A DNA stretch of 58,375 nt, filler included, from Sphacelaria rigidula (taxonomy: Eukaryota), in NCBI GenBank assembly GCA_964200075.2. It is 8 parts of 8 records of this genome, joined end to end, with 100 filler letters (N's around TTAATTAATTAA, not from the genome) between each part and the next. Parts side by side here need not be neighbours in the genome. Positions count along the whole stretch, not along the records: positions 21,931 to 29,139 come from CAXNAA020015954.1; positions 29,240 to 36,448 come from CAXNAA020015955.1; 6 more parts are not named here. One strand, 5' to 3'. Both the position numbers and the translations under genes were made by a program. Under the pieces are notes generated by a model. That model saw only the letters and a list, made by a program, of their open reading frames with translations, had not been told where the DNA came from and searched no databases. Shown piece after piece: positions 23,365-36,074 of the stretch. Numbering within the stretch: position 1 is the stretch's first letter; each line of letters begins with the position of its first letter.

Positions 23365-24324
23365 ATGGCAGCGCGAAGGAAAGGGGACACCAGCGAGACG
23401 GTTGATGAGGTGAAGTTTGCAGTAACCGAATTGACCTTGGGTGGATCCTTGAAATTGCCCGAATATGGGCGAGTATTCCGTGAGCAAGCTTCCAGACGCT
23501 TTTACCCAAGGTATCGCCAATATGAGGAGGCAGTAGGGAAAAGTAACCAAGGCCGGTCGGTAAAGTACGCACTCTTGACCATGCAAGAGTTGGTGCCAAA
23601 GCACATCCAGAACTGCGTGTCTGACCCCATCTTTGACGGGTCGCCACTCGACGAAGACGAATTGCAGCAAGGGATTGCACGCCATGCCAAATAAATGCTG
23701 GATCGATATGGAACTTGATCCTTCCGAAGCTGCAGCAGGCGTGAAAAAGGCCCTTGCCGCACGGTATGAACCAACTGCAATGGGTCGAGTAGAAGGGCAA
23801 TGGATTTCATTACAGGAGTACTTTGCGGAAAACGCAGGTGCCGAGTGCGTTTTGCTTGAAACTGACCGTACGTTCAAGGCTGGTCCAGCACACATTATTA
23901 CTAGAGCTATGGTCGCCGGCCTGACCCCACCTAAGTTCAAGAATAAAGTTCAAAATATACTTTATATAAAAAGGGACTGGAAAGAGAGCCCGAAAGTGGT
24001 TTGTGAGGTAGCTCATGACTTTGCGGAAAAATGGAAAACTGTTGAGGAGGCTGACAAACACCGCCGACAGCAACCGCAACTTAGGCAAAAAAGCGGCTCA
24101 CAAGGCTAAAAACAACTGACATCGCATGCCGGCGCCGCGGCTGCGGTCGCCGCAGCAGGTAGTGGCGGCTCAGGTAGTGGCGGTAAGAGCTCGAGAAAGA
24201 CCCACAAACCTAGCCCGAGCTATGCAGGTTGTTTTGAGTGTGGCGATAAGGGCCACTACAAGAAGGAGTGTCACAAGCAGAGCACACCTGCGGCCGCGGT
24301 GAGTGCGTCAGGCGGGCAAGCAAA

Positions 24325-24357
<33 letters not shown>

Positions 24358-24560
24358 GCAGCAGCAGCAGCAACAGCAACAACAGGTCCATGGTCAGCGG
24401 GGGGGCGGTAAAGGTCCTGCTCCCACACGGGCTGTTTTCCCAGAGGATTGAACGAAAGGGGGTGCGAGTAGTGCGGATAGCATGGTGCCGCCCCAGCCTT
24501 CCGCTCCAGCTCCTGCAGCTCAAACCTAACTGGCGGCGGGACCGGCTCAGGAGTTGACGT
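23365..24560 (+). pseudogene. gag: Gypsy gag (disrupted)
   Basis: ORFs 23365-23694 and 23633-24109, plus a CX2CX4HX4C knuckle at about 24229-24270. Confidence 0.8.
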
Positions 24561-27500
24561 CTCAGACAATGCCGGTATGGCGAGGTCTGCACACCGCTGA
24601 GGTTGCAGATTTACAGGCTGAGGGTGTAATAGTTGACCGCAAGCAGCGATGCTGCTGGGCAGATTTGTCCGTTCCAGGTTTCACAGTCAAGAACGTCTGC
24701 CCTGTTACTGCAGTTTTGGACTCGGGGGCTGGCATCACTATCATGTCTGAAAAATGGCAGCCCAGTTACAAGCAGTGTTCCCTGATGTGTCCGTTGTCAC
24801 CAGTATGGCTCGTACACACCCGGTGAAACTAGCTGATGGTAATGTACGGAGTATGCAGTCGAAGACGTGCCTAGTGCGCACCGCTCTGCACACCAGCTGG
24901 GGTCCGGTGGTGTTGGATCCGTGTCACTATGCGGTTATGCCAGATGCCGATGATGTGGTGATCCTCGGGAGCGGTACGCTGGAAGCCTTGGGCATTGACG
25001 TGTACAGTGGCCTGGACGCATGCGCACGCTCAAGACACGCGTTGGTGAGAGGTGTAGATACGCCTGAATTCCGAGAATGTAGGCGTATGAGCATTTCCAT
25101 TGAGGCGTTACAGGATCCAGGTGGACAAGAGGAGCCTGTGGATCCCTCCGTTAAGCGATCGATGTCGCGTGGTCTCGAGATGGAAATGAATCCAGAGGAG
25201 GAACTGGCAGAGCGTCATGTTGCACTGGATCATGCAGTACAGGCGGCCGCAGACAAGGGTATATCAGCGAGCGGCGTTGATAAGCTTCGAGAGGTTGCTG
25301 GGCACCGTGTCAACGCTTTTAGGCGAGCACTGCGCGGTGATCCGCCTGCTCGAGTAGAGCCCTTGAAGGTGAGATTCAAACCCGGGGCTAGGGCAGTCAA
25401 GGCGAGCCCGCGGGTGTATTCCCCTCTAACAGCAACGTGGTTAGCGGGGTGTATGGCAAAGCTGGTGGCGCTTGGGCTACTCTTTCGCAGCTTACAGGCG
25501 GTGTGGGCGAGTGTGGCCATGGCGACGCCGAAGAAGGGCGGTTATCTACTGGTGAGTGATTATCGCGCGGTAGACAAGCAGATTGAGAAGGTTCCGAATG
25601 TTATGCCTAACCACGAAGCGGAGATGATCGACCTGCTGGGCGCTGCGTGTTTTGGCAAGATTGATATCCTGCAGAGGTACTGACAGATGCCGTTGGTGGC
25701 TGATGCACAAGAAATATTCACGATCGCGACTCCCGAAGGTCTGTTTACCCCCACACGGGTGCCGCAAGGGGTGTCGAATGCGACGGGGTACTTCCAGGGC
25801 ATCATGACAGGATTATTGACTGGAATTCAGTGCAAAGTATGGGTGGATGATATTTTGTGGTGGGGTAAAGATGAGGATAATCTTTTGTGTACACTTGACG
25901 ATATTTTGGGCCGTTTGGAGGATGCTGGTCTTTTTGTGGCTGCGCACAAGTGCATGCTCCACGACACATAGATCACGTGGTGCGGAAAGGTCTTTTCAGG
26001 TGGTCAAGTGGCTCATGATCGCGAGAGACTGAGCGGGTTGACCAATCTTAGGCGCTCGCGCACAGCAGGCGAGCTTATGCAGTTCCTGCAGGCGGTAAAC
26101 TGGCTGAGAACGTCCCTGCCGCGTCTGGCGGAGGTGGTGGAGCCACTGCGGGTATTACTGGAGGAACACATGCAGGGGAACGTGCGCCGTACCAAGCGAG
26201 TGGCGTCAAACCGGACAATCGAGGAGTCAGCATGGACGTCGAGGCGTGCTCAGGCGTGGCACGAGGCGCAAGATTTGGTGGCGCATGCCGTCGCTTTGCC
26301 ATATCCCAAGCAGGGGTATGAGGTTCTCATGTGTCCAGACGCATCGTATCTACACTGGGGCAGTTTTATTACGCAGGTGCCCAAGGATGAGCTGAGTAGT
26401 ATATTGGCGGTGGAAGACATGAGCCATGAGCCGATGGGGTTTCTTAGCGGAACGTTTCGTGGAGCGCAGGTTCGGTGGGCTACGGTGGACAAGGAAGGCT
26501 ATGCAATCGTAAGTACTTTTCGTAGGTTGGAGTATCTTCTCTGGGGTGGGGTACATATCTTTACCGATCATCGTAACCTCGCATACATCTTTAACCCCGA
26601 GGCGTGCGTTGCATCCGTGTCTAAGACTGCTGCCCAGAGGCTCGAGCAATGGAAGACTGTGCTCGGGCAGTATGAATTCTCCATCAGGCACATTGCTGGT
26701 GAGCACAACTGCCGGGGAGATTTCTTGTCAAGGTGGGTAAACGTTCCGGTGGTATCTGTACGTGCTGCGGCCGTGTTTGCGAGCGGTCAGCCTGATGAAA
26801 CGCTGCCGTCGAAGGATGCTATTCGTGAGGCCCAATAGCAGGCTCAAGCCGGGTTTGGAGTGATGGATGCTGGAGCCCCTACCTTTGCAGCAGCTGTTGG
26901 GCGAGTTTCAAAAGATGGTGAGGGTTTGTTTCGCGCGCATGTAGCAGGGCGGAATGTGTTGTGGATCCCGCCGCAAGCAAAAGAGCTGCAAACACGCTTG
27001 ATGGTGTGTGCTCACATGAAAGAGGCGGGTCATCGGGGTGTTGTGGCGACACTGCAGCGGCTGCAAGAGTGTTGCTGTTGGTTTCAGGTGGGAGCTCATG
27101 TGACGGGTTTTGTGAGGAAATGCTTGCATTTTGTGGACTCAAAAGCGGGTGAGATGGTTCCGCGACCACTAGGGGAGACAGTGCATGGCACACGGCCCGG
27201 TGAGGTGATACATTTTGATTATCTGTACGTCGGCGAAAGTGGCCCGCTGGGCGAGAGCGGCCTGGATGAAGGCGACGGGTACAAGTACATATTTTTAATC
27301 ATGGATGATCTGTGCAATTTCGCGTGGTTGGAGCCCACCGAGTCTTGTACAGCTGCAGCAACTATGCAGCATCTGCTGGCGTGGTGCAAGGCGTTGGGCC
27401 CGCCGGAGGTCTGGGTTAGTGACACCGCATCGCATTTTACGAACCATGTGATGCGAGCATTGGAGAAGGCGCTGAAGCTGCACAGGAGGTTCGCCGTTCC

Positions 27501-28372
27501 AAACTCGCCGTGGTCAAATGGTACATGTGAAAGGAGGATGCGAGAGGTTGTCCGCACTTTGAAGGCCATGCTGCAAGAAGAGAGGCGTGACGTTCGTGAC
27601 TGGGTGGGACTGGTGCCTGCCGTACAGTGGGCATTGAACACGGCATTCCGCGAGCGCTACGCCAGTACGCCATACCATGTATGTGATGTTTGGACGGGCG
27701 CCGCGTACAAGTTTTTCAACCCTGGCATCGTCGACTGGAGGCGAGTGGCGACTTGATGTGATGGATGAGGACATGCTGCGGGAGAAGGTGGCGTCAGTCG
27801 TCGAGGCGCAGCAAGCGTTGCACAAGGAGGTGGCGCAGCGTGTTGAGAAGACTCGTGAACTGCAACGACGTGTAGCTAGCAATGGACAGTTGTCAAATTT
27901 CATGGTGGGTGACTATGTGTTGGCTGCGGGGGTTAGGCGCTCAGATACAACGCCAAAACTCGTAAGTACGTGGACAGGACCGTGGAGGATCGTGGCAGTG
28001 GAGCATCAGCATGTGTACGAAATTCAGAATATCGTCAACAGCGAGGTGAAGGACGCGCATGTCTCCCGTCTACGGTACTACGCGGACAAGGAGCTGGCGG
28101 TCACTGCGGATCTGAAGGAAGTGTTCCAGTATGCGTTTGTGCAAGGAGAATTCGAGATGGAGGCGATCGTTGACTTGTCCGACGCTCAAGACGGTGATGG
28201 GTTCGTTGTACACGTGGAATGGGTAGGTTTCGGCAAGGATGAGAGCTCGTGGGAGCCTCTGGAAACCATTTTGGAAGGAACCCCGCAGTTCGTACGTTCT
28301 GAATTGCGCAAGTTGCGACTAACAAAGCAGGTACGGGCGCGTTTACTGGCTAAGTATGGGCTCAAGCTCTGA
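24554..28372 (+). pseudogene. pol: Gypsy pol: PR-RT-RH-IN-chromodomain (several stops and frameshifts)
   Basis: AVLDSGAG, DYRAVDK, PQG, WVDD, FTDHRNL, H-x5-H zinc motif, HFDYL/VSDTASHF/NGTCER, WTGPWRI, VEWVGFGKDESSWEP. Confidence 0.92.
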
Positions 28373-28650
28373 TTGAGTGGGTTTCAAGCTGTGATTGGTT
28401 GTTGGCGTAGTTCATGGATTCTACTGTGCAATTTGGTGTACGTTGAGTATACCGCTTGGTTATTGTTTGCCCAGCATGTTGGAGTAGTTCGTGCTGGTGT
28501 GTTAGGATTATACTGGGGGGGCATCGTGATTTGACTTGATGCGGTCTTATAATGCTTGTCTCTTGTTGACATCGTAGGGTACGGTCGGTGTCTACTGTTT
28601 TGTCAAAGTCGCTTTCTACTTCAAGTAGTGCGAAGTTTTGGAGGGTGCTG

Positions 28651-28901
28651 TATAGAGTAGTCCACCTACAGTATCCATGCAACATGTAGATATGCGGTGG
28701 ATCCTGGCTTGATTGTTTGGAGGATGACTACTGGGTGCGTAACATATCGTGTTCGTGAGGACAGCCCGTAAAGCTCCTTCTGGTTAACGAAGACTGCCGT
28801 TTGCATAACTGCTTGACGTCTTGAAGTCTCTGGAGCCCGTGACTGGGAGGAAGCGTCTGGAGCAGCACTGTAACCTTGTCCTGATTGCAGGCAGGTTCAC
28901 A
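28651..28901 (+). repeat. 3' LTR of copy A
   Basis: Direct repeat of 22936-23186, preceded by purine-rich GGAGGG. Confidence 0.9.
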
Positions 28902-29315
28902 TGTCCCATGTAATAGTTCTTCCCCCCATGTCAGACGGGTCCTCGTTTTTTGCCGAGTGTCAATTTTTGAACGCTTGGCCATGATCGCGCTTCGCGTGAA
29001 AAGCGCAATTCTAGCCCAGCGTTTGTAAACCGCCATTCGGCCAGAATCGAGCTCATACGAAATCAGGGGAACAACTATCACATAACAGCCGATTTTATAT
29101 TTTGGGGTTCAAACAAAATATGGGGCTGAAGTGGCATATNNNNNNNNNNNNNNNNNNNNNNNNNNNNNNNNNNNNNNNNNNNNTTAATTAATTAANNNNN
29201 NNNNNNNNNNNNNNNNNNNNNNNNNNNNNNNNNNNNNNNTACGAGGATTTTAATCCTCCGGGTTCTCATCCTCAATGAAAAGCACCATCCTCAACATAGA
29301 TGATTGGCTGTTTGT

Positions 29316-29620
29316 ACCTATTATGACTCATGGCTGCATGAATGGAAGGGGAAATAAATCATGTAGCTGTGGCTCATGGCGTATGAATGGAAGGTGGGGA
29401 ACGTGTACCCATGATTGATGCTGTATGGATGGAAATTTGGAAACTTTTGCCTATGATTCATGCCGCTGGAACGGAAATTAGGAATTATATGTACCTATGA
29501 TTCATAGTGAACGAATAGCAGTTATTAGGAAGCACGTGCCTATGATTCACACCATGCGAATGGAAGATGGAAAATATGTGCCTATGATTCATACCTTACA
29601 AATGCAGGATGGGAAACGTG
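29316..29620. repeat. Degenerate minisatellite, about 42-47 bp unit, about 7 copies
   Basis: Recurrent CCTATGATTCAT...GAATGGAAGATGGAAA. Confidence 0.75.
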
Positions 29621-30890
29621 TACGTTCGTCCGTGTACCGCACGAATCACGAACTGGGAATGTATGCACTTCGCGTAGTGTCGCACGAACCACGAACCCAG
29701 AACGTGTACAAATCAAAACATTTGTACGAATCATCGTATTATGATTGATTCGTACAAATGTTCAATATGAGTCAAATCACAATTTTATTCGTCCGAACCG
29801 TGAAAGCATGTGTATGACGTATCATCCCATGGGGCTCTACCGACTGCGGACCAGGAGCCACAGTTTCCGCCCCCCCCCGCCCGTCGGAGACTGTCGAGAT
29901 TGAGGAAAAACTTTTTCAGGGTAGAAAACTTATTTTTCCTCTTTCTCCCCTACGAGTAGTACACAAAATTGAACAACGTCATCATTGGTGTCAATGTCAA
30001 CAAAAATCTATAATACTTGGTTCCAGTGTCGCCAATAACTACGTGATTTCAGTCTCATCTAAAACCACTTTCGTCGACCCAAACTATAGCGGTTGGATTA
30101 CCGCACTGTACCTCGTGAAATTATGTTATGGCATTCTACATCATCTACTATCGCCATTTTCCCATGGTATCAAAGAGGGTCGGTATATGCAGTATTCACT
30201 TCTGAAAACTGGGGCACCCCGCCCTCCATCAGCCCCATCCATAATAAGGAGCTTTCCTACATTTTGGGGGGGGCTGTGGCTGCTAGCCTGCAGATAGCTG
30301 GTACGGCCTTTTTACAACGTTGAGAGCTTGCGGGGACTTGCGGCCTACGTTCTTTACTACATTGGGCAAAGGGATTGTTGTAGCATGTCCTACATAATGA
30401 ATACGTACTGCTTGAATAAACTCATCACTTGTTCGTCGTGTGCGAGGGGTGCAAGGCATGGAAAATATGGCGTAAACTGTGTTGTACTTCAATTTTTACG
30501 CCAAGAATAAAAGGGATTGGGAAGTCAGATGCGGCCAAACTTCCTTTGTTTCATGTGTGTATAAAAGTCCGCACAACACCACTGCTGTTACTGCTGTCGC
30601 TGCTTACGCCAGGGACACCACCTGTTTCCAAGCGAACTACGCACAGTGTCTGATCTTCAATTTTGTGGCCGTCGAACTCTTTTACTCCGTCCTTTTAGAT
30701 GGACAAGGACACCATCTCTATGACCCATCATGGTTTGTCTGTTGAAGTTATACTGTAACGAATGAGCTGCTACACATTTTCCCATCACACTACAAACCCC
30801 TTCTCTTCCTCGGAACGAGTCCGTGGTCTCACGGAATCAACCCATCTCTCCCCCAGTAGACACGCTTCACATGCACATGCGGCCATTTGG

Positions 30891-31244
30891 CTACCCCCAA
30901 AATTCCTTCACACGAAAATTGACCCCTCTAGAGGGAGAACAGGTTCTGAAATCCCCCTGGAGGCTGAACAGTAAACCCCTTCAGAGGGATTATACGGTAG
31001 CTAGAGGAATAGCGCACCGAATCACTCGGGAGGGAGATGGAGCCCCCCTAGATGGATTATGTGCACTTTGAAGGATCCAACACAACATGAAATCCCTCTA
31101 GAGGTCACTAGTTCCTCTATTTTAGCGGTTTAATCCCTCTGGAGGAGTCAAAATTGACCCCTCCCGAGGGATATAAGATCTCCACGGACAAAATTGACCC
31201 TATGTGGAGGGGTCAATTTCGTGTTAAGGAAATTTTGGAGCTAG
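30891..31244. mobile_element. MITE with about 40-bp imperfect TIRs and internal CCCTCTAGAGG repeats
   Basis: CCAAAATTCCTTCACACGAAAATTGACCCCTC is mirrored by GAGGGGTCAATTTCGTGTTAAGGAAATTTTGG. Confidence 0.7.
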
Positions 31245-31407
31245 ACAAATGGTCGCGTGTGTGGTATCGCACATTGAGTCAGCACTCTCCCGCACCGCGT
31301 CGACACCCAGACAGCTTCAAGCGAACTTTTTTTGGTACTACTCGCGTCCTCATCCTTCCAATGATGCTGTGTAAAGCAGACACACTTCACAGTAAAAATT
31401 CAGTAAA

Positions 31408-31483
31408 CGTCTCGCTTGGGAATCGAACCCACGTTCTGCCCGACTTGATGGTGACAGGCGTGTACCACCAGTTTACTGGGGGC
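31408..31483 (-). mobile_element. tRNA(Asp)-like SINE head or tRNA pseudogene
   Basis: Perfect B box GGTTCGATTCC and Asp-like anticodon arm CGCCTGTCAC, but no intact cloverleaf. Confidence 0.55.
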
Positions 31484-32576
31484 GTTTTCCACGACGTCAC
31501 GGGATATCAAGTCAGCAACTGGTGTGACGCTCAACACTTTCTTCCTTCAATACTAGTATTACGTTGACTCTGTAAATATTCAACATATGTAGCACGATCC
31601 CGGACACAACACACACCACCGACCAAGGACAAGTTTAACAAAGAAAAGATTAGCACGAAATTGGAATGAGATGAGTTGCCAGTCGGAACAAGGGACGATT
31701 TTCACCATGTACAGAGCTTGCACGCAAAACAGCGCACAGGCTAGGCGTTGAACTGGCGGTATATTGGTCAAATAGTCAAATGCTTGGGTTGCTACGCAAT
31801 AGATAGTATGCGGTAATGTGGTGATCCCCATGTCAAGTGCGGTTCTTTTTCTATAGCGGCTCACTATACGTACAGCATATGAAGATAAAACACCATCTTT
31901 TTCACACAAACAGGATTCCAATTTTGTGCGAAGATTGACCTTTTCACAAATATTTCTACACACTGAGTGAACGATGACCGCTGCTCGGTCTCCCTTGATT
32001 CTCTTGCGATTGGAGGATGTTTCAGACACACCTGTCGACGGTGCTGCTCATCTGGTCATACGGCGTTTCTATGGGGATGACGCACGTGTCATATATGGTG
32101 AATGAAAATTCATGCTTCATAAAAGTTGGCGCCATTTAGCAATTAGTTTTGTCGTACTACCAACTGTTTCCGCGAAACGCTTGCAACATGAAAGGAAGAC
32201 ACCGACGGAGTGAGCTATAGCAAAACTTACGTGCGAAAGCCTTTTTGCGGGTGCGATGTCTTGAATTAACGTGAGGTGCAACGGTAGTGTCCCAGATAGC
32301 AACACCCCAGGGGAGGTTTGATAACCACCAAAAACACGTGCTCCCCCCGGTAAATACAACGCCAACGAAAACCAAGGCCCCTTGTATGTTGACAATGCCT
32401 AGGGCTATGAAAAAACGTTCGAGATCCGTGAAAAGTCTTACAGCGTCGAAAGCAAATGGGCTACCACAACGCGAATATTCGTAAAGTTTACAGCACACTG
32501 TTGTAGCGATAAAACTCGACCGCGGAGCGCGGGGCAAAACCGCTCAGGCAAGGTGAAGAGCCTGAATGTGGCGTTT

Positions 32577-34580
32577 CTACGCTGATCCCACAGAGTGTTG
32601 TACATTTTGACGTCGACACCTCTTCTCGAGGCTTCGCCACCAAGAAATAGTTCTACTAGAGTCTCGGTCTTCCAGCAGCCCACTAGAGCCCCCAGCGTTT
32701 TTCTCGGCTACGGAACTTCGCAATTTGCCTCTTTGATCAGGTTGTCTACTGCTCCATCGCCATTCGGGGACACCTTCTGGAAACGAGGCTTCAAGAATTT
32801 CGATGGAGACGTAGTGTAAACAAGGCACTACTAGGGTACACTTGGGACACCGCCCCTCCTTGGCTTGATCACTCATGGGAAGATTGGGCGGTCTGCTCGT
32901 CTCCTCTGTCGCACCAGGCGACGAGTTCGTCCTTCTGTTTTCTCGTGTTGCGGCCTGCCTCAACTCTGCAAGTCTAGCCGCCTCCCTCGGCCTTGTAACG
33001 CGAATAATCCAATTATGCATATCACTCTCTGGAAGATCTGATTCCACTCCACCAGCCTTCATGAGCATCTTCCTAGTTCTTTCGCGTTCGTTCTCCTCTT
33101 TGTCTCTGTACGCACGATCTCTTTCCCAGTCGAGGGCCGCATTGGTCCCACTGGAAGCGGCGATGGCCAGCAGCTCCGCTACTTCAACGAATCCTTTTTC
33201 GAAAGCATATGCACCAGCAACTTTTCCATCAATGTCCATAACTCTCGGATCAGCACCCGCCACCAATAACGCGATGATTACGTTAACGTGACCTTTGGTG
33301 GCTGCTGCCATCATCGCCGTGCGGTCATTACGATTTTGATAATTTGGATCGGCGCCTTCTTCGATGAGCAACCTCACGCCGCTGACCAACCCACGGTACG
33401 CTGCAGATATCAACGCCGTGTGACCAGCATCCGATTCCATGTTCGGTGCCGCGTGTCCATCTTGCAGCACTTTGACCGTCAACAAAGTACTCGATCGCAC
33501 CAACACTAGTTGTACTTCGCTAATGCCGAACAAGCTAGGTTGTGAATTCAGTTGCCGTTTACCGTTTTTCTCCGATGCTACATTCTGCATTGGTTCTCCG
33601 CCCGGTTTTGGTAGCTGTTGGGTGTCGTGCCTTTCATTCGCAGCTGTATCGCTCTCTACCATCGCTCCACACGCGATCGCCTCGAGCATACGACAGGCAG
33701 AGACACGGAGTGTATTCTCGGCCTGCACATCTGCAAATGTGTACACCCCATTTGCGCCAAACGCTCGGGTTTCTTGCAGCCATAATCCAAACATTCTCCA
33801 TCCTGCTTTCATTGCATGATCCCCGGCGGTATATCCTCTATGACATTTTACATCGGCTTTCGCGCCTAGTCTCATTAGACACCTGGCCATAGCCTCGTCG
33901 CGGTGGATTGCCGCGATCGCTACAGGCGTGAGGCCACCAACAAGAGTGCTCCGATGGTTGAGAACACGGTCGGAGTTCATTTCTCCCGCGATTTTATCCC
34001 GGCGAAGGTGATCGACGAGTAACTCGGCGATGTCCATCCGGCCGTGGCGCGCCGCGATACTCATCGCTGTCCAACCAGTGCAGCCTTCAACTCCTATGTC
34101 AGCTCCCTCGTCGATTAGAGCGTGGACCATGGCATAGTCGTCGCGCTTGACAGCCCACATGAGCGGTGTCATTCCTCGTGAGTTGCTCCGATCCACATCG
34201 GCCCCTGCCGCGAGAAGTGCCCGTACCACAGGTACTGAGCGACTCAGGACGGCTGCCATCAGGGGGTACATTCCTCCACGAACCTCGCACGTAGAGTCCG
34301 CACCAGCCTCGACCAAAGACGTCGTGCGGGCGTTATCTTTGGCGACCAGGGCATCGCGAATGCAGACAGATAAATGGCGTCGAGAACAGTCCTTGCGTAT
34401 CGCGGAATCACGCGGAGCAACATCGACGCGCCACTGTTGACGACGCTGGGCCTCGTACACTAGCATTTTCTTCCGGTGAAAGTCCACAACTTTCAGCTGA
34501 AGGAGCCTGCGGCGTTGATCAATGCTGTGCACGGGTCCGGTCACAGGAGGTACGCCCAATCGTGTGCATTCTCGTCGCAC
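32577..34580 (-). CDS. Last exon of an ankyrin-repeat protein gene
   Basis: 667-codon open frame with about 7 ankyrin repeats in two clusters (GMTPLMWA, GWTAMSIAA, GLTPVAIAA, GHTALISAA, DRTAMMAAA). AG acceptor at 34581-34582. Confidence 0.9.
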   Translation of the reverse strand: MRRECTRLGVPPVTGPVHSIDQRRRLLQLKVVDFHRKKMLVYEAQRRQQWRVDVAPRDSAIRKDCSRRHLSVCIRDALVAKDNARTTSLVEAGADSTCEVRGGMYPLMAAVLSRSVPVVRALLAAGADVDRSNSRGMTPLMWAVKRDDYAMVHALIDEGADIGVEGCTGWTAMSIAARHGRMDIAELLVDHLRRDKIAGEMNSDRVLNHRSTLVGGLTPVAIAAIHRDEAMARCLMRLGAKADVKCHRGYTAGDHAMKAGWRMFGLWLQETRAFGANGVYTFADVQAENTLRVSACRMLEAIACGAMVESDTAANERHDTQQLPKPGGEPMQNVASEKNGKRQLNSQPSLFGISEVQLVLVRSSTLLTVKVLQDGHAAPNMESDAGHTALISAAYRGLVSGVRLLIEEGADPNYQNRNDRTAMMAAATKGHVNVIIALLVAGADPRVMDIDGKVAGAYAFEKGFVEVAELLAIAASSGTNAALDWERDRAYRDKEENERERTRKMLMKAGGVESDLPESDMHNWIIRVTRPREAARLAELRQAATRENRRTNSSPGATEETSRPPNLPMSDQAKEGRCPKCTLVVPCLHYVSIEILEASFPEGVPEWRWSSRQPDQRGKLRSSVAEKNAGGSSGLLEDRDSSRTISWWRSLEKRCRRQNVQHSVGSA

Positions 34581-34808
34581 CTTTGTTCAAGATTAAGAGG
34601 GGACGCTTACGACACTTGGGAGTTGTGTGTGTTTGGTCTCGTCAGAGTTCATGCGCTGTTGTCTCGTTCGTTTCCTTGCGATAACCAATACCATGGCGGT
34701 CAACAACTGGACCGTAGAAGAAAATCGATTGAGCTGTTTCTCGGTGGACATGGAGGGCATACTTGTGCACCATAGTACAGAGGACACTCAAGAAGTCTAT
34801 CGTCAAAC

Positions 34809-34976
34809 CTGGATAAGGGCCTCGTACAGCGAAAAGTCCGTTGGTGGCATCCCTAGGACAACCGGATGGGTGTGGTTGCGCCCTTCTGCGACTCGTTTCG
34901 TATTGCAGTGACGCGAGTCCCTGGAGCATGGAATCTCATTGGTGAACGGGGTACCAGTGATGTTCGCGTAGTACAT
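34809..34976 (-). CDS. Exon of the ankyrin gene (MYYANITGTP...YEALIQ)
   Basis: GCAG acceptor after a pyrimidine tract, CAG|GTTTGA donor, 168 nt, phase 0/0, no stops. Confidence 0.65.
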
Positions 34977-35161
34977 CTGCGACGTGGGTCAGAAAAGAAA
35001 ATATGAGATCCCAGATCACGCGTATCCATATGTGTTGAAACCGCGAGCTCACATTTGACTCACGGCCTCCACGAACCGTTTCTGCTTATCAGTACACACC
35101 TCAAATTACCTGTTCCAAGAAACAAATGCACTCAAAACCGCTGGCAGTGCCATGCTTGCAC

Positions 35162-35266
35162 CTGAAGCCCTAACACCCGATCTCGCTGCTGAACCTGTGC
35201 AATCTTCGAAAAGTTTATCGCATTTTCCTGCATTTCCACAAGAGCCTGCAGCTGACGCGTCAACAC
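35162..35266 (-). CDS. Candidate exon of the ankyrin gene (VLTRQLQALVEMQ...VLGLQ)
   Basis: GCAG acceptor, CAG|GTGCAA donor, 105 nt, phase 0/0. Confidence 0.5.
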
Positions 35267-35534
35267 CTGCCTCCCAACACACGAACGAGTGAGAGAAGAC
35301 GATGGTAAACGAAATAGGGAACGGCGCAGTATACGATGTTCACTCTTGGTATGCCCACCAAGCGATCAACACTCGTTCAGCTGCATTCAAGGATATATGG
35401 TAGGTGTACTGTACATGTGTACATGGTCCTCACCGATTTACTCAAGTCTTGATACACACACAGAATATAAGTAATTGCTTGACGTTCGTTCGGTTCATGT
35501 CGTAACATACACCCTATCCGCAACGAAGCTTTAC

Positions 35535-36074
35535 CTTCTTGACCATTTTGTGCAGACCCGTTGGTGTGTATGCCTGGAAGCCCCCGCATTCCGGACGGGC
35601 ATAGAAAGTGGCGAACCGAGAGCCCATGTTGGCTGATATAGGCGTATGACGCCCGAAGGCACACCGCTGCTGGGGGGCAACATTGCCCAACCATTTCTTG
35701 AGTTCTACGAAATCCTGCAGACTCTCATTATGATCTAGCTCGTGCTCCAGATTGTGGCCGTAATTATCCATCAGTGGGCGTGGACAGCCCTTCTTCGAGT
35801 TGCTGTAGGGGCAAATTTGTTCCCCCTTCGGGGTCGTGGGGAACCCCCAAGGTTTCGCTCGATACGCCTTGATATGTAAGAGGCGGATGTCGACGTCTCG
35901 TAGGAGTGCGATGAAACGACGCTTTGCCATAAGATGCGGGGTTCCCTTGTAGCTGCGCCACATCTTGGACACCGTCCTTTGAAACGGCTCCAGTTGGCAT
36001 TCTTCTGATGATTCTGTCTTGGCAGTGTCGTAGTCGCCTAGCGTTGCCTGTTTATAAACTGCGTTGATGCGTGC
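35535..36074 (-). CDS. Exon of the ankyrin gene (ARINAVYKQ...GLHKMVKK)
   Basis: TGTTAG acceptor, AAG|GTAAAG donor, 540 nt open, phase 0/0. Confidence 0.7.

Larger units (their letters stand above)
22936..28901 (+). mobile_element. Full-length degenerate chromodomain Ty3/Gypsy element (copy A)
   Basis: Two 251-bp LTRs, candidate TGTC TSD (22932-22935 and 28902-28905), gag with CFECGDKGHYKKEC knuckle, protease LDSGA, RT WVDD, RNase H, integrase and chromodomain. Confidence 0.95.
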
